This document shows positions 9,498 through 19,437 of a stretch of 64,000 nt of DNA, in pieces. A model generated the notes under the pieces. The model worked only from the letters and a program-made list of their open reading frames with translations, ran no database searches and was not told the origin of the DNA. The position numbers and the translations under genes are program-made. Source of the stretch: Candidatus Kapaibacteriota bacterium (GTDB taxonomy: Bacteria; Bacteroidota; Ignavibacteria; Kapaibacteriales; UBA961); contig JBMSYN010000003.1 in assembly GCA_049426725.1 (NCBI GenBank), positions 42,066 through 106,065 of the forward strand, written 5' to 3'. Within the stretch, counting starts at the first letter, position 1. Every line of letters begins with the position of its first letter.

Positions 9498-10573
9498 AAT
9501 ATTCCATACTTGTGATACAAAGATTCGAGATGTTGATTGACCTGTTCATAAGAATGATATCTTTGCACCCAATCCCGACCTTGTTCTCCGATTGCTTTGC
9601 ATTGTTCAGGTGATTCAATCAAATGAATCAATTGATCTTCCAAACTTTTGGCATCATTTGCAATAATAAATGGATTTTCAGGCAACCAGCTTGCATACTC
9701 TGTTGTCATGTTTGTTATTGTGGGAATACCCATTGCCAAAGATTCAATCCCGGCCTTTCCATATCCTGTTCCGCCATGAATACCACCAACTTGATCAATG
9801 GAAATGGTGCACTCAGATTTGATTGACAGAACATCGGCTCTCGACATGTTTTCGAGCAAAAGGAACTCAAATGCATAGGACTTTTGTAATTTTTCTATGA
9901 CAGACAAAATCACTTCAGTTCCTTTGTACAGTCTATTTGTGGGCGAATGAACTATGCGAATGCGAGAGAAATCTTTTTCTGTTGGAATATTGGGCAATTC
10001 TGAAGAATCATAAGGATAGAACACATATTCAAGATTTGATTTCAAAGCCAGATGATCAAATTCAGAAGTAATATTTAGATCTGCGAAATCATCCATTTCC
10101 TTGATGATGCCTCTTGCCCGCAAATCACTTCCGTAATAGCAATTCACAATTGGCTTCTTCATTGATTTCCATCGCTTGGCAAATCGTGAGTCTCTGGTAA
10201 AATCCAATCCGCCATCATACTGTATGATGTCAAATGCATCCAAGTTCAATGTATGAATCATCGACTCAATAGTTGAGACTCTCATTTTTGTTTGCAGAAA
10301 GAAATACAGTTGTTCAAGAAAGGAATGTGGTTCCCAGAAATACTCTTCGTTTTTTCTCCCTTGCTTTGCCAAGGAATGGTGAATTCGATAGGATTTGGCA
10401 GCTCGAGAACGAGGAATTGCAAAATCACAACAGATATCTTCTTCAAATCCAAGTGGATTTCTATGGAGGGTTATAAGTCTGGAGTGATTGCCAAATCGTT
10501 CGTGCATGCGCTTGAAATCATGTGGCACACCGGCAAAATTTTCAGGCGCAATATGGAGAACAGAATAACTCAT
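9494..10573 (-). CDS. glycosyltransferase (GT-B fold, GT4/GT1-like)
   Basis: C-terminal half has a GT-B nucleotide-sugar-binding-like segment (GGIHGGTGYGKAGIESLAMGIPTIT). 4-nt overlap with both neighbours. Confidence 0.5.
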   Translation of the reverse strand: MSYSVLHIAPENFAGVPHDFKRMHERFGNHSRLITLHRNPLGFEEDICCDFAIPRSRAAKSYRIHHSLAKQGRKNEEYFWEPHSFLEQLYFFLQTKMRVSTIESMIHTLNLDAFDIIQYDGGLDFTRDSRFAKRWKSMKKPIVNCYYGSDLRARGIIKEMDDFADLNITSEFDHLALKSNLEYVFYPYDSSELPNIPTEKDFSRIRIVHSPTNRLYKGTEVILSVIEKLQKSYAFEFLLLENMSRADVLSIKSECTISIDQVGGIHGGTGYGKAGIESLAMGIPTITNMTTEYASWLPENPFIIANDAKSLEDQLIHLIESPEQCKAIGEQGRDWVQRYHSYEQVNQHLESLYHKYGIL

Positions 10574-11592
10574 GAATTGGATAAATCTTTTATCAAGGTA
10601 TCACGAAACACGCCTCTGCTACCAAAATTCTCCTTGAATCTGCCAAGCCCCCAATTAGGATCCATATTGACGGTGAAGATACCAAAATCCAAATAAGAGA
10701 ATCCTTGTTTTGATGATTCATGCATGATGGTGGCAAAGAGTAAATTCACCGCGCGATATTCTTGATACTCATCATCATGACTGATATAAAATGCGAGAAT
10801 TACTTGTTCATTTGCAGCAAAAGTGCAAACACCGGCAATCATGGTGTCATTCAAATATGCTCCCCATAACTCAATTTCATTTGGAAAACGCTTTGCCAAA
10901 TCCAGTAATTCATCCAAACTATGTGTAGGTTGCACCCCATGTCGCATTCTGAGATTGCGTTTCAGGATATCATAATATGCAGCATAGTCTCTGGATTTTT
11001 TGATGATGATTCCGGATTTTTTGGCTTTGTTTAGTGCAGTTCTAGCTTCAGGTCGGAACTCATGTTCTATCATTTGAGGATTACGAAGATCCACAATGCT
11101 TGAGATTTCTCTTTTTGCATACGTGAATCCATTCTTTATGAATGCAAAGTCAATATAATTGGAGAGATGCTTTGCATACATGATTGGTGGCAGTGTGACT
11201 TGAATGGCATCAAATCCTTGTTCCTGAGCATGTTTGATGAGATGCTCGGTCATCAAGAACGCATCTCGGATATTGCATTGCGAAGGATACACAAATCCAC
11301 CATAGGATGCCCCGCCATGAGAATTAAGAATGCGCTTACCATTTCTTTCTTGATCGATTGCAGGGAATACGGAAAACAGTTTGTCATTTCTCATGACATA
11401 TAGTGAGTGATCACGGAATCTGTCTTTCGGATGATACCCCAAAAAATCACGAAGATGGAACATCGTTCCATTGTCGGATGTTCGGACAAATGCATCCCAT
11501 TCCTGATCAGACAAATGTTCGTCCGAAAAACGATGCAATGTTATATCAGCATCAAATTGAAATGTTTTGTCTTGATTTGACATGTTTTCCAA
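10570..11592 (-). CDS. FemAB-family / BioF2-like GNAT acyltransferase
   Basis: 340 aa. Resembles the peptidoglycan interpeptide-bridge FemABX/Acetyltransf_6 family. First gene of the minus-strand glycosylation operon. Confidence 0.5.
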   Translation of the reverse strand: MENMSNQDKTFQFDADITLHRFSDEHLSDQEWDAFVRTSDNGTMFHLRDFLGYHPKDRFRDHSLYVMRNDKLFSVFPAIDQERNGKRILNSHGGASYGGFVYPSQCNIRDAFLMTEHLIKHAQEQGFDAIQVTLPPIMYAKHLSNYIDFAFIKNGFTYAKREISSIVDLRNPQMIEHEFRPEARTALNKAKKSGIIIKKSRDYAAYYDILKRNLRMRHGVQPTHSLDELLDLAKRFPNEIELWGAYLNDTMIAGVCTFAANEQVILAFYISHDDEYQEYRAVNLLFATIMHESSKQGFSYLDFGIFTVNMDPNWGLGRFKENFGSRGVFRDTLIKDLSNS

Positions 11593-11659
11593 TAAAAGTC
11601 AATGAATGGCACAAAATTAGTGCTATGATGCAAATTCACACATTTCTCCCGAATATTTC

Positions 11660-12517
11660 ATGTATCCACTCATTCTTCTGCAACAAATCATCGCTTCAAG
11701 TACGCACCTTTTCGCAAAGAATGTCACTACGCTTCTCCATCCCTCCACAGTAGTCCTATTCCGTGGCTGCTTTTCTGCAATTGCTTATGGTCTGTGGTTG
11801 ACATTGACCAGAAAGCAAATAAAAACCCTGGAAAAGTCAGATATACCTTGGTTTTTCCTGCTTGGTGCTCTCAATATGCCCATCAATCAACTATTGTTCA
11901 TTTGGGGAGTGAAATACACAACTCCCGCAAATGCTTCACTGGCTTATGCTTTAACACCTGCTTTTGTGCTCCTCATAGCTGTCTTTTTTCTTGGTGAAAC
12001 GCTTACGAGGAAAAAGATATTTGGCATCGTACTGGCAATGGTTGGAACAATCATCGTTTTGTTTGAAAAAGGACTGGCATTTGGAAGTGAACAATTTACC
12101 GGGAATATCATGGTTTTGCTTGCCAGCATGTCCTGGGCTGTATACACAACCCTTGGAAAGAAATATGCAATGAAGTATGGGGGTGTTTTTATGACCGGTG
12201 TGACCATGATTACTGGCTTGGTTCTTTATATTCCTGTAGTTATGGCTTTACCGGTATCAATTGAGCCATGGGAATATGATGGCAGCATTTGGTTTCAACT
12301 TTTTTATCTAGGCGTTATCACCAGCGGCTTGGGATATGCTCTTTGGTATGTTGCTCTCACAAGAATGGAAGCAAGCAAACTTGCTGTTTTTAACAATATA
12401 CAACCTGTCTTAACGACAATTATGGCGTTTTTCTTGTTTAATACGGTACCAAGTGAAACTTTCATACTCGGTGCCATTGTTGCGATATGTGGTGTCATCA
12501 TCACTCAAAAGGGTTGA
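11660..12517 (+). CDS. EamA/DMT-family transporter
   Basis: 285 aa with 10 TM helices and two EamA-like repeats. Confidence 0.7.
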   Translation: MYPLILLQQIIASSTHLFAKNVTTLLHPSTVVLFRGCFSAIAYGLWLTLTRKQIKTLEKSDIPWFFLLGALNMPINQLLFIWGVKYTTPANASLAYALTPAFVLLIAVFFLGETLTRKKIFGIVLAMVGTIIVLFEKGLAFGSEQFTGNIMVLLASMSWAVYTTLGKKYAMKYGGVFMTGVTMITGLVLYIPVVMALPVSIEPWEYDGSIWFQLFYLGVITSGLGYALWYVALTRMEASKLAVFNNIQPVLTTIMAFFLFNTVPSETFILGAIVAICGVIITQKG

Positions 12518-12595
12518 ATTCATTGTGGAGCAGAAAAACTGGAATCATTTTTGATAGTATTACTATCATTCATTTACATGTTTACCATTTGATTT

Positions 12596-15121
12596 ATGAA
12601 ATCAACATTAATATCGGTACTTGAATCACTTACTTCCACTGATAGGGAATTATTTCCCAAACAAGTGGACGATTTTTTTGTTGCATCTTCAGAGACTATT
12701 GCAGAGTCATTGGTCTCAGAGTTTCATGCAGGGTTAAAATATCCGTATTGGACAAGTGGATTCATATTGAAGGATGCCTGTAAGCTTATGGGCATCAATT
12801 CATCTGTATATGTGTTTGATGCAATGTCGATGAGTGAAACAAATGGTCCAATTCGATATCCGGCAGTTATTCCATTTTGGAGAAATCAAGAAAACATCCA
12901 TGATTTGGATACAGCTGAATTATGTGTATTGTTTGAAAAAACATCTGATGCTTTTCTTGGAGTGGTCTATCCTTCAAAAGAAGAAGTGACTTTGACTTTA
13001 CAGGACATTCAGCGCTTGATCAATGAATATAATTTGATTTTGCGAAGAATGATAGAAAAGCATATAAATGATAATACTCAAAAGCATGACAGAACATATT
13101 CTGTGGAATGTTTGAACACAACTGATACGTCCACTTTGATTTGTCTGCATGCAATAGCATTGGAGAATACTGAAACCGAAGATGAATATGCACGATTGAT
13201 TAGTTCAATGCTTTCTTCAGAAAGGGAACAGGAGCTTTGGAGAGCGCATCCATTCTTTACTGAATGGTTGTCTATCCATCATGAGGGACTTCCTCTTTTA
13301 ATCTTAAATTCCGAAGTGCATGAAGAGCAGGCACCAAAAGAAGTGCATGAAATGTCTCCCGTTGAAAGAGCTTTGCAATATGTAAAGTTCGAGAAGCGAG
13401 ACATATATGTCATCATAATCTATGCAATATTGATAGGACTTGTTTCGCTTGTCACTCCTTTAACCATCAATGCGCTAGTCACGACTATTTCAGCAGGCGT
13501 TTTTACAATGCCATTGATTGTCCTTTCTGCCATCATCTTTACAGGAATTCTTGTTGCTGGTGGTGTTGGAATTGCCCAACTCTATGTGGTTGAATTATTA
13601 CAACAAAGAATTTTCGTTAATACTGCATTTGAGATTGGCTATAAATTTCCGCATGCAAAACAAGAATTGTTTAGTGCCACCTATGCACCAGAATTACTCA
13701 ATAGATTTTTCGACATTGTCACTCTTCAAAAAGGGATCAGAAAATTATTGATTGATGGATTGAGTGCGGTGGTGATAGGTACTGCCGGACTTCTGCTTCT
13801 TGTATTCATTAGTCCGGAATTATTGGCATTAGGGGTATTGCTTTTGGTCTTTTCTCTGCTGCTTGTGTATGTGCTCGGGAAAAATGGATTAAAAACAAGC
13901 ATGGCAGAATCCAAGAAGAAATATGATGTAGCAGGATTTTTGGAAGATATGGCAAGGAGCGTTGGATCATTCAAATTGATTGGATCCAATGAATACATTT
14001 TCAAAAGAATTGACACACTTGCATCGGATTATATCAAGTATAGAAATCAGCATTTTAAGATATTGCTTCGACAACATTTAGGTTTTACCTTCATTCGTGC
14101 TGCGGTGAATACCGGTGTTCTTGCAGTAGGTGGATGGCTGGTTTTTGAAAGGCAAATCACGCTTGGTCAATTGGTGGCTACAGAAATCGTGATTGTTACT
14201 TTGATCAATTCACTAGAAAAACTCACCAATCAATTGGAAGTGATCTATGATACATTGACAGCTTTTGATAAAGTATCCCTAGTTACGGATATTCCTTTGG
14301 AGAGAAGAGGCGGCGAAAAACTGATTGATTCTGAAAAGGGAATTTCTGTTCATTGTGAACATGTATCATTTGCCTATGATAAAAGACCTCTACTCAAGGA
14401 TATTCACTTTTCGGTGGATGCAGGAAGCCATGTAGCATTGGTTGGAAAAAGCGGAGCAGGAAAATCAACTCTTTCTCAATTGTTTCTCGGTGTGATGGAA
14501 ACATCCATGGGAACAATTCTGATTGATGATGTTGATGTCAGAAGATTGGATCTTGCCAGCATCAGAAAGAACATTGGTTTGGTATTCCCACATGATGAAA
14601 TATTTGATGGAACCGTTTGGGATAATATCACGCTGGGAAGAGAATGGGTTACTGGACGAGATGTCATGAAAGCCATTCGTCTGACAAGACTCGATGAAGA
14701 ATTTTTGCGATTCCCCAAAGGTTTGCACACAAAAGTGTTGTCTCATGGAAGAAATCTATCAACCGGACAAATCAGACGCTTAATGATTGCGAGAGCGATT
14801 GTGCACAAACCTCGGCTTTTGATCTTGGATGAAGCATTCACAGGTATTGAAGAACACATGAAGCTTGCAATCATAAAGGATTTGTATTCTTCCGAATATC
14901 AATGGACAGTGATCTCCATAACGCATGATCCGGAAGTTTTGATGTGTTCTGATTATGTATATGTTTTGGATAATGGCATCATAGCAGAAGAGGGAACACC
15001 CGAAGGTCTGTCTTCTCAAAAGGATTCCGTATTGAGCTCCATGTTCCCTGAATTAACCATTCATATCCAAGCACAGAAAATGTCTCATAATTCAGCAGGA
15101 AAGAGCAACCGTGGATTATAG
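12596..15121 (+). CDS. ABC exporter (fused TMD-NBD) with ~265-aa N-terminal cytoplasmic domain; T1SS/PCAT-like
   Basis: ATG at 12596. The TMD begins near residue 270. NBD motifs: Walker A GKSGAGKST, signature LSTGQ, Walker B LLILDEAF, H-loop ITHD. The N-terminal 265 aa precede the first TM helix. Stop overlaps the HlyD start. Confidence 0.85.
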   Translation: MKSTLISVLESLTSTDRELFPKQVDDFFVASSETIAESLVSEFHAGLKYPYWTSGFILKDACKLMGINSSVYVFDAMSMSETNGPIRYPAVIPFWRNQENIHDLDTAELCVLFEKTSDAFLGVVYPSKEEVTLTLQDIQRLINEYNLILRRMIEKHINDNTQKHDRTYSVECLNTTDTSTLICLHAIALENTETEDEYARLISSMLSSEREQELWRAHPFFTEWLSIHHEGLPLLILNSEVHEEQAPKEVHEMSPVERALQYVKFEKRDIYVIIIYAILIGLVSLVTPLTINALVTTISAGVFTMPLIVLSAIIFTGILVAGGVGIAQLYVVELLQQRIFVNTAFEIGYKFPHAKQELFSATYAPELLNRFFDIVTLQKGIRKLLIDGLSAVVIGTAGLLLLVFISPELLALGVLLLVFSLLLVYVLGKNGLKTSMAESKKKYDVAGFLEDMARSVGSFKLIGSNEYIFKRIDTLASDYIKYRNQHFKILLRQHLGFTFIRAAVNTGVLAVGGWLVFERQITLGQLVATEIVIVTLINSLEKLTNQLEVIYDTLTAFDKVSLVTDIPLERRGGEKLIDSEKGISVHCEHVSFAYDKRPLLKDIHFSVDAGSHVALVGKSGAGKSTLSQLFLGVMETSMGTILIDDVDVRRLDLASIRKNIGLVFPHDEIFDGTVWDNITLGREWVTGRDVMKAIRLTRLDEEFLRFPKGLHTKVLSHGRNLSTGQIRRLMIARAIVHKPRLLILDEAFTGIEEHMKLAIIKDLYSSEYQWTVISITHDPEVLMCSDYVYVLDNGIIAEEGTPEGLSSQKDSVLSSMFPELTIHIQAQKMSHNSAGKSNRGL

Positions 15122-16514
15122 TAAAAAACAAGGCGTCACCGTTCCATTTCGTGAGAGCAAATCCGGATTCATTGCTTCCAATGCAATATCCGCTGTGCGT
15201 TCACCAAATTCACTGCGAATGATGGCATATATCATTACAGGATTATTGGTATTGCTTGTCATTGTCCTTACTTATGTTCCTTGGGTGCAAACAGTTGCAG
15301 GCAAAGGGCAAGTGACAGCGCTCATTCCCGGGCAAAGACCTCAGAATATCAATGCTCAAATCACTGGTCGACTTGTCAGATGGCATGTACAGGAAGGACA
15401 GCATGTTGAAGAGGGAGACACAATTGCCGTTTTACAAGATATTGATGAAAAATTCTTGGATACTGCACTTTTGCAAAATCAAGAAGCACAACTTCTTGCC
15501 ATAGAAAGCAGAAGAAATAGTATCATGTCACAGCTTTCTGCATTGCGTCAGCAAATATCCGCTGAATCATCAGCAAGAGATGCTAGTGTTCGATCTTCAC
15601 TTGAAAAAGTGCAACAAGCAAAACAAAAGCGAATTGCTTCCGAAGAGAGGATTAAACAAAATACATTGGATGTATCAGTTGCCAAGCAGCGATTCCAAGA
15701 TAGAAAAACATTGTTTGATAAAGGCCTTTTATCCCAAAGACAATTTGAAAATGCTCAGCTTGAACTCCAAAGAGCCGAAGTAGGATACAATAGTCAGATT
15801 GCCGAGGTTGAAGCTGCAAGAAGAGCTGAAGGAGAAGCTTTGGAAAATGTGAAGAATAAGGAATCAGAAGGTACTTCAAAAATCGTCAAAGCGATGGCTG
15901 ATGAATCTAAAGCACTTGAAACCGTGGCATCAATAGACAATTCATTGTTTAAAGGCAGATCTGAAATGAATGCCATGTTTTCGCGAAGAAGTGCTTCAGT
16001 GGTTAGAGCTCCAAGTAAAGGGAAAATTGTCCGACTCTATACAATCGGTGCCGGTGAAACTGTTAAACAAGGTGATAAGCTTGCGATTCTAGCTCCTGAA
16101 ATGAATACACCTGCAGTTGAATTAACTATTTCCGGAAATGATGCACCACTATTGAGCAAAGGAAGAAAAGTTCGTGTTCAATTTGATGGCTTCCCCGCAT
16201 TTATCATTCGTGGTTGGCCCGGTGCTTCAGTTGGTACTTTTGGTGGTGTGATTTCCGTTATTGACGCCATCGAGGATGAATCGTTTGGTGGACAATTCAG
16301 AATAATCGTCAAACCAGATCCAAATGATGAACCATGGCCTTCTTCTGACTATCTTCGCCCGGGAACACAAGCCTCCGGTTGGATGCAGTTGAATGTTGTT
16401 TCACTCGGATGGGAAATATGGCGTCAGCTCAATGGCTTCCCACCAACGGTGAAAAGACCAGAAAATGCCACATATCCAAAAGAAGTGAAAGAAGTTGAAT
16501 CGGAGAAAGAATGA
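15111..16514 (+). CDS. HlyD-family periplasmic adaptor (membrane fusion protein)
   Basis: Single N-terminal TM helix (MMAYIITGLLVLLVIVL). Long coiled-coil. Lipoyl-like and beta-barrel segments typical of T1SS HlyD. GTG start at 15111, or ATG at 15219. Confidence 0.8.
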   Translation: MDYSKKQGVTVPFRESKSGFIASNAISAVRSPNSLRMMAYIITGLLVLLVIVLTYVPWVQTVAGKGQVTALIPGQRPQNINAQITGRLVRWHVQEGQHVEEGDTIAVLQDIDEKFLDTALLQNQEAQLLAIESRRNSIMSQLSALRQQISAESSARDASVRSSLEKVQQAKQKRIASEERIKQNTLDVSVAKQRFQDRKTLFDKGLLSQRQFENAQLELQRAEVGYNSQIAEVEAARRAEGEALENVKNKESEGTSKIVKAMADESKALETVASIDNSLFKGRSEMNAMFSRRSASVVRAPSKGKIVRLYTIGAGETVKQGDKLAILAPEMNTPAVELTISGNDAPLLSKGRKVRVQFDGFPAFIIRGWPGASVGTFGGVISVIDAIEDESFGGQFRIIVKPDPNDEPWPSSDYLRPGTQASGWMQLNVVSLGWEIWRQLNGFPPTVKRPENATYPKEVKEVESEKE

Positions 16515-17911
16515 GAATATTCTCTTGTATGATTCTTTGTTTTATCGCCGGCTTGTTTTGTTGCTTCACTTTGAAGTCGCAAGTTCAAGATGTAAAGCCA
16601 ATCGATACTTTGTCTCTTGATGAGGTACTTGCAATTGTCAATGCAAATCACCCAAAATTACTTGAGTTTCGACTAGGTAGAAATGCAGCGGACGCACAGT
16701 TAATGCGTGCGTGGTCAGGATTGGATCCTCAAATCAATGCTGAAATCGGCGGCAAGAATGAGAAAGAATCTTTCAAATCACAAACATCGATTGCTACAAT
16801 GGAAGTGCCATTATATTGGGGTCCTAAATTTGTTGCAGGATGGAGAAGAAATCTTGGGTTATTTGATGAAGATTTGAATACTCAAATTTCTGGGGAAGTT
16901 TCTTTTGGAATCATGGTTCCACTCTGGCGCAATATTTTGATCGATAAAAATCGAGCTTCAATTTTGAAAGCGGAGCAAATCCCAACCATAGCCGAGGCTG
17001 AAATTCTATCTACGCGAAATGAATTGTTTTTGAAAGTTTCGGAAAAGTATTGGGACTGGTCTGGTGCCTTGGCAAAACAGGCGATTGCTCGCGATCTCCT
17101 TAGCATAGCAGAGTTTCGTTTGCAAGGTATTACTGCAGAACTTAATAGTGGGGAAAGAGCTCGCATTGATAGTATTGAAATGATTCAGGAGATACAAAGA
17201 AGAAGAGGTGCATTTTTTAAAGCTCGAAGAGAATTGGAAAAAGCACAAATCGCACTTTCGGTATTTCTCTGGAATAGCAATGGAACACCTGCAAATGTTC
17301 CGGTTGGAATTGTACCTCAAAATCCACTAGATGTGTTTAGACTCGATACGGGATCATATATTCGAGACAAAGAATTGGCTTTGCAAAAAAGACCTGAATT
17401 GACAAGAAATTCAGCGGAATTGAATCAAGCTGATATTGATATCAGATTAGCTCGTGAGCAACAAAAGCCAGAGATTTCACTGAAGGTATTGCCTTATTCA
17501 ACGGTCCAGACTATCGATGGTTCTGTTCCGGACTATAAAGTTGGCATTCAAGCCGATATGCCTTTACTATTCAGAGATGCACGAGGTCAAACTGCACTTG
17601 CTGAAATCAAACAACAAACGCTTACCTTTAAAAGGAATGCCATCGAACGAGATATTTCTGCCTCCGTCGATGATGCTGCATCTGAAATGATTGCCACTTA
17701 TGATCAAGCATTAGCCGCGCGAGAGGAATTATCAGCGGCAAGACAAATGGAAGCTGCTGAAAGGGAATTGTATGAACGCGGAGAAGGGAATTTGTTCACA
17801 GTCAATTTTCGTGAACGATTCACCGTTGAATCAGCATCAAGGGAAATCGATGCAAGAATGAATTTCCGCAAGGCAATAGCATATTATCTGTGGTCTACTG
17901 CAGGATTCTGA
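16511..17911 (+). CDS. TolC-family outer-membrane efflux channel
   Basis: ATG at 16511 overlaps the HlyD stop. Signal peptide. Two tandem TolC-like coiled-coil/beta repeats. 466 aa. Confidence 0.75.
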   Translation: MRIFSCMILCFIAGLFCCFTLKSQVQDVKPIDTLSLDEVLAIVNANHPKLLEFRLGRNAADAQLMRAWSGLDPQINAEIGGKNEKESFKSQTSIATMEVPLYWGPKFVAGWRRNLGLFDEDLNTQISGEVSFGIMVPLWRNILIDKNRASILKAEQIPTIAEAEILSTRNELFLKVSEKYWDWSGALAKQAIARDLLSIAEFRLQGITAELNSGERARIDSIEMIQEIQRRRGAFFKARRELEKAQIALSVFLWNSNGTPANVPVGIVPQNPLDVFRLDTGSYIRDKELALQKRPELTRNSAELNQADIDIRLAREQQKPEISLKVLPYSTVQTIDGSVPDYKVGIQADMPLLFRDARGQTALAEIKQQTLTFKRNAIERDISASVDDAASEMIATYDQALAAREELSAARQMEAAERELYERGEGNLFTVNFRERFTVESASREIDARMNFRKAIAYYLWSTAGF

Positions 17912-17915
17912 CACA

Positions 17916-18602
17916 TTGGATAACATTTCACATATCCTTGATGAGATTTCAGGTTTTACAATTAAAAACCCTCGCCAAACAGAACTTGGAAGATCCATCC
18001 TTTTTCATGGTATTAACATGATTTCGGAAGTTGGTTTTGAAGATTTCACTTTCAAAAAATTGGGCAATGCAATAGGATCTCCTGAAGCTTCCATCTATCG
18101 CTATTTTGAAAATAAACACAAGTTTTTGCTCTATGTGAATGCTTTATATTGGGGAATGATTGATGTCAGATGTCAAGATATTATGCATGCGGACAACTCA
18201 CAGATTGAGAAGGCACAAACAATCATCGATATTCTATGCAATCCACCAAATATTCATGTTTCTGAAATCATTATCGAGGGCGAACTGATGTACAGAATTG
18301 TGATGAGTGAATCGGTGAAAACGTTCATGACAAAACAAGTAGATAATGATAATCATCACGGTGCATTTAAAACCCTTAAATCAGTGACTAGACATCTTTC
18401 ATTTGTGATAGCAAGTTTGAATCCACATTGTTTATACCCAAAAGCACTTGCATCAACAATCATTGAAATCTCACTATTTCAAAGATACTTTTCCGAGCAT
18501 CTTCCATCCATGACGGATATTGGAAGCAGAAAATCAATTGGAGATGATTTGAAAGAATTAATGTTGGAGATGATATATGCCGGTGGAAAACAACGTGCAT
18601 AG
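17916..18602 (+). CDS. TetR/AcrR-family transcriptional regulator
   Basis: N-terminal HTH (FTFKKLGNAIGSPEASIYRYFENKHKFL). About 228 aa. Immediately downstream of the TolC gene. Confidence 0.7.
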   Translation: MDNISHILDEISGFTIKNPRQTELGRSILFHGINMISEVGFEDFTFKKLGNAIGSPEASIYRYFENKHKFLLYVNALYWGMIDVRCQDIMHADNSQIEKAQTIIDILCNPPNIHVSEIIIEGELMYRIVMSESVKTFMTKQVDNDNHHGAFKTLKSVTRHLSFVIASLNPHCLYPKALASTIIEISLFQRYFSEHLPSMTDIGSRKSIGDDLKELMLEMIYAGGKQRA

Positions 18603-18604
18603 TA

Positions 18605-18982
18605 TCAACTGTTAAGGAAGGATTGATATGATTTCACTTCATGCGCCAATCGTTTAAAGATTGCTGAAATGACCGCTACATCGTCAATGTAACCAATGAT
18701 GGGGATAAAATCGGGGGTTAAATCAGCCGGTAAAAGAAAGTATAGTAACCCGGCAATCAATAGCGTTTTCGATTTCCAAGAAAGATTGTAATTCTTATCC
18801 TTCAACATCAAAAAAGCAAGTTTCACATGATAGAGCAATTCCTTGATTGTTGAATTATTGGATGCTTCCAATTTCTCAACTTTGGAACTCACATCATGCA
18901 ATACTTTTTCTTCATCGGCAGATGCTGCTTTATTGGCAAAAGCATCAATCATTTCTTCGGTATGTTCTTGTTTGCTTTGCAA
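18605..18982 (-). CDS. YkvA/DUF1232-family small membrane protein
   Basis: C-terminal motif LLYFLLPADLTPDFIPIIGYIDD characteristic of DUF1232. Confidence 0.5.
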   Translation of the reverse strand: MQSKQEHTEEMIDAFANKAASADEEKVLHDVSSKVEKLEASNNSTIKELLYHVKLAFLMLKDKNYNLSWKSKTLLIAGLLYFLLPADLTPDFIPIIGYIDDVAVISAIFKRLAHEVKSYQSFLNS

Positions 18983-18991
18983 CCGGACTCC

Positions 18992-19285
18992 TTAGGAATC
19001 ATTCCCTGGCTCTTCTTCGCTTTTCTTTCTTGCAAGCAAACCATAAGGAATGATTGCGCAATATCCAATGGCAAGTAAAATTGGGGCAATAGTTACTGCC
19101 ATGGGATTATTCCATTGTGTTGGATCATCTGAAATACCGGTGGACATAAGTCCATATCCTATTGCAATTACAATGGCACCAATCCCCAAAATTTTATAGT
19201 TGTATGAATCCAAAGGGAATTTCCATGAGGCTGAGGATGTGGTTGATTGTCTTTGTTTAGTGATATTTTTTTTGTTTTTTGGGGT
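18992..19285 (-). CDS. small two-TM membrane protein (DUF3098-like)
   Basis: Probable start MSTPKNKK at 19285. Two hydrophobic helices. Confidence 0.4.
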   Translation of the reverse strand, partial: TPKNKKNITKQRQSTTSSASWKFPLDSYNYKILGIGAIVIAIGYGLMSTGISDDPTQWNNPMAVTIAPILLAIGYCAIIPYGLLARKKSEEEPGNDS

Positions 19286-19437
19286 GGACATAAGAATCTC
19301 CATGAAAATAGATGCACAAAGATACAAAATCAGTATTGAATGCATGATATGTGCATGTTGAAAACTCAGGGCTGTATGGTCGGTCAATATTCTGTAATTT
19401 TACTTTTACTTAAGCCGTTTCTCAGCAATAATGCTCT

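Noticed and set aside
12596-13400. Calling the ABC N-terminal region a C39 bacteriocin-processing peptidase
   Set aside because: I could not find the canonical Q...C...H...D arrangement. Only a lone Cys in DACKLMG is present, so the region is left as an unassigned domain pending an HMM search.
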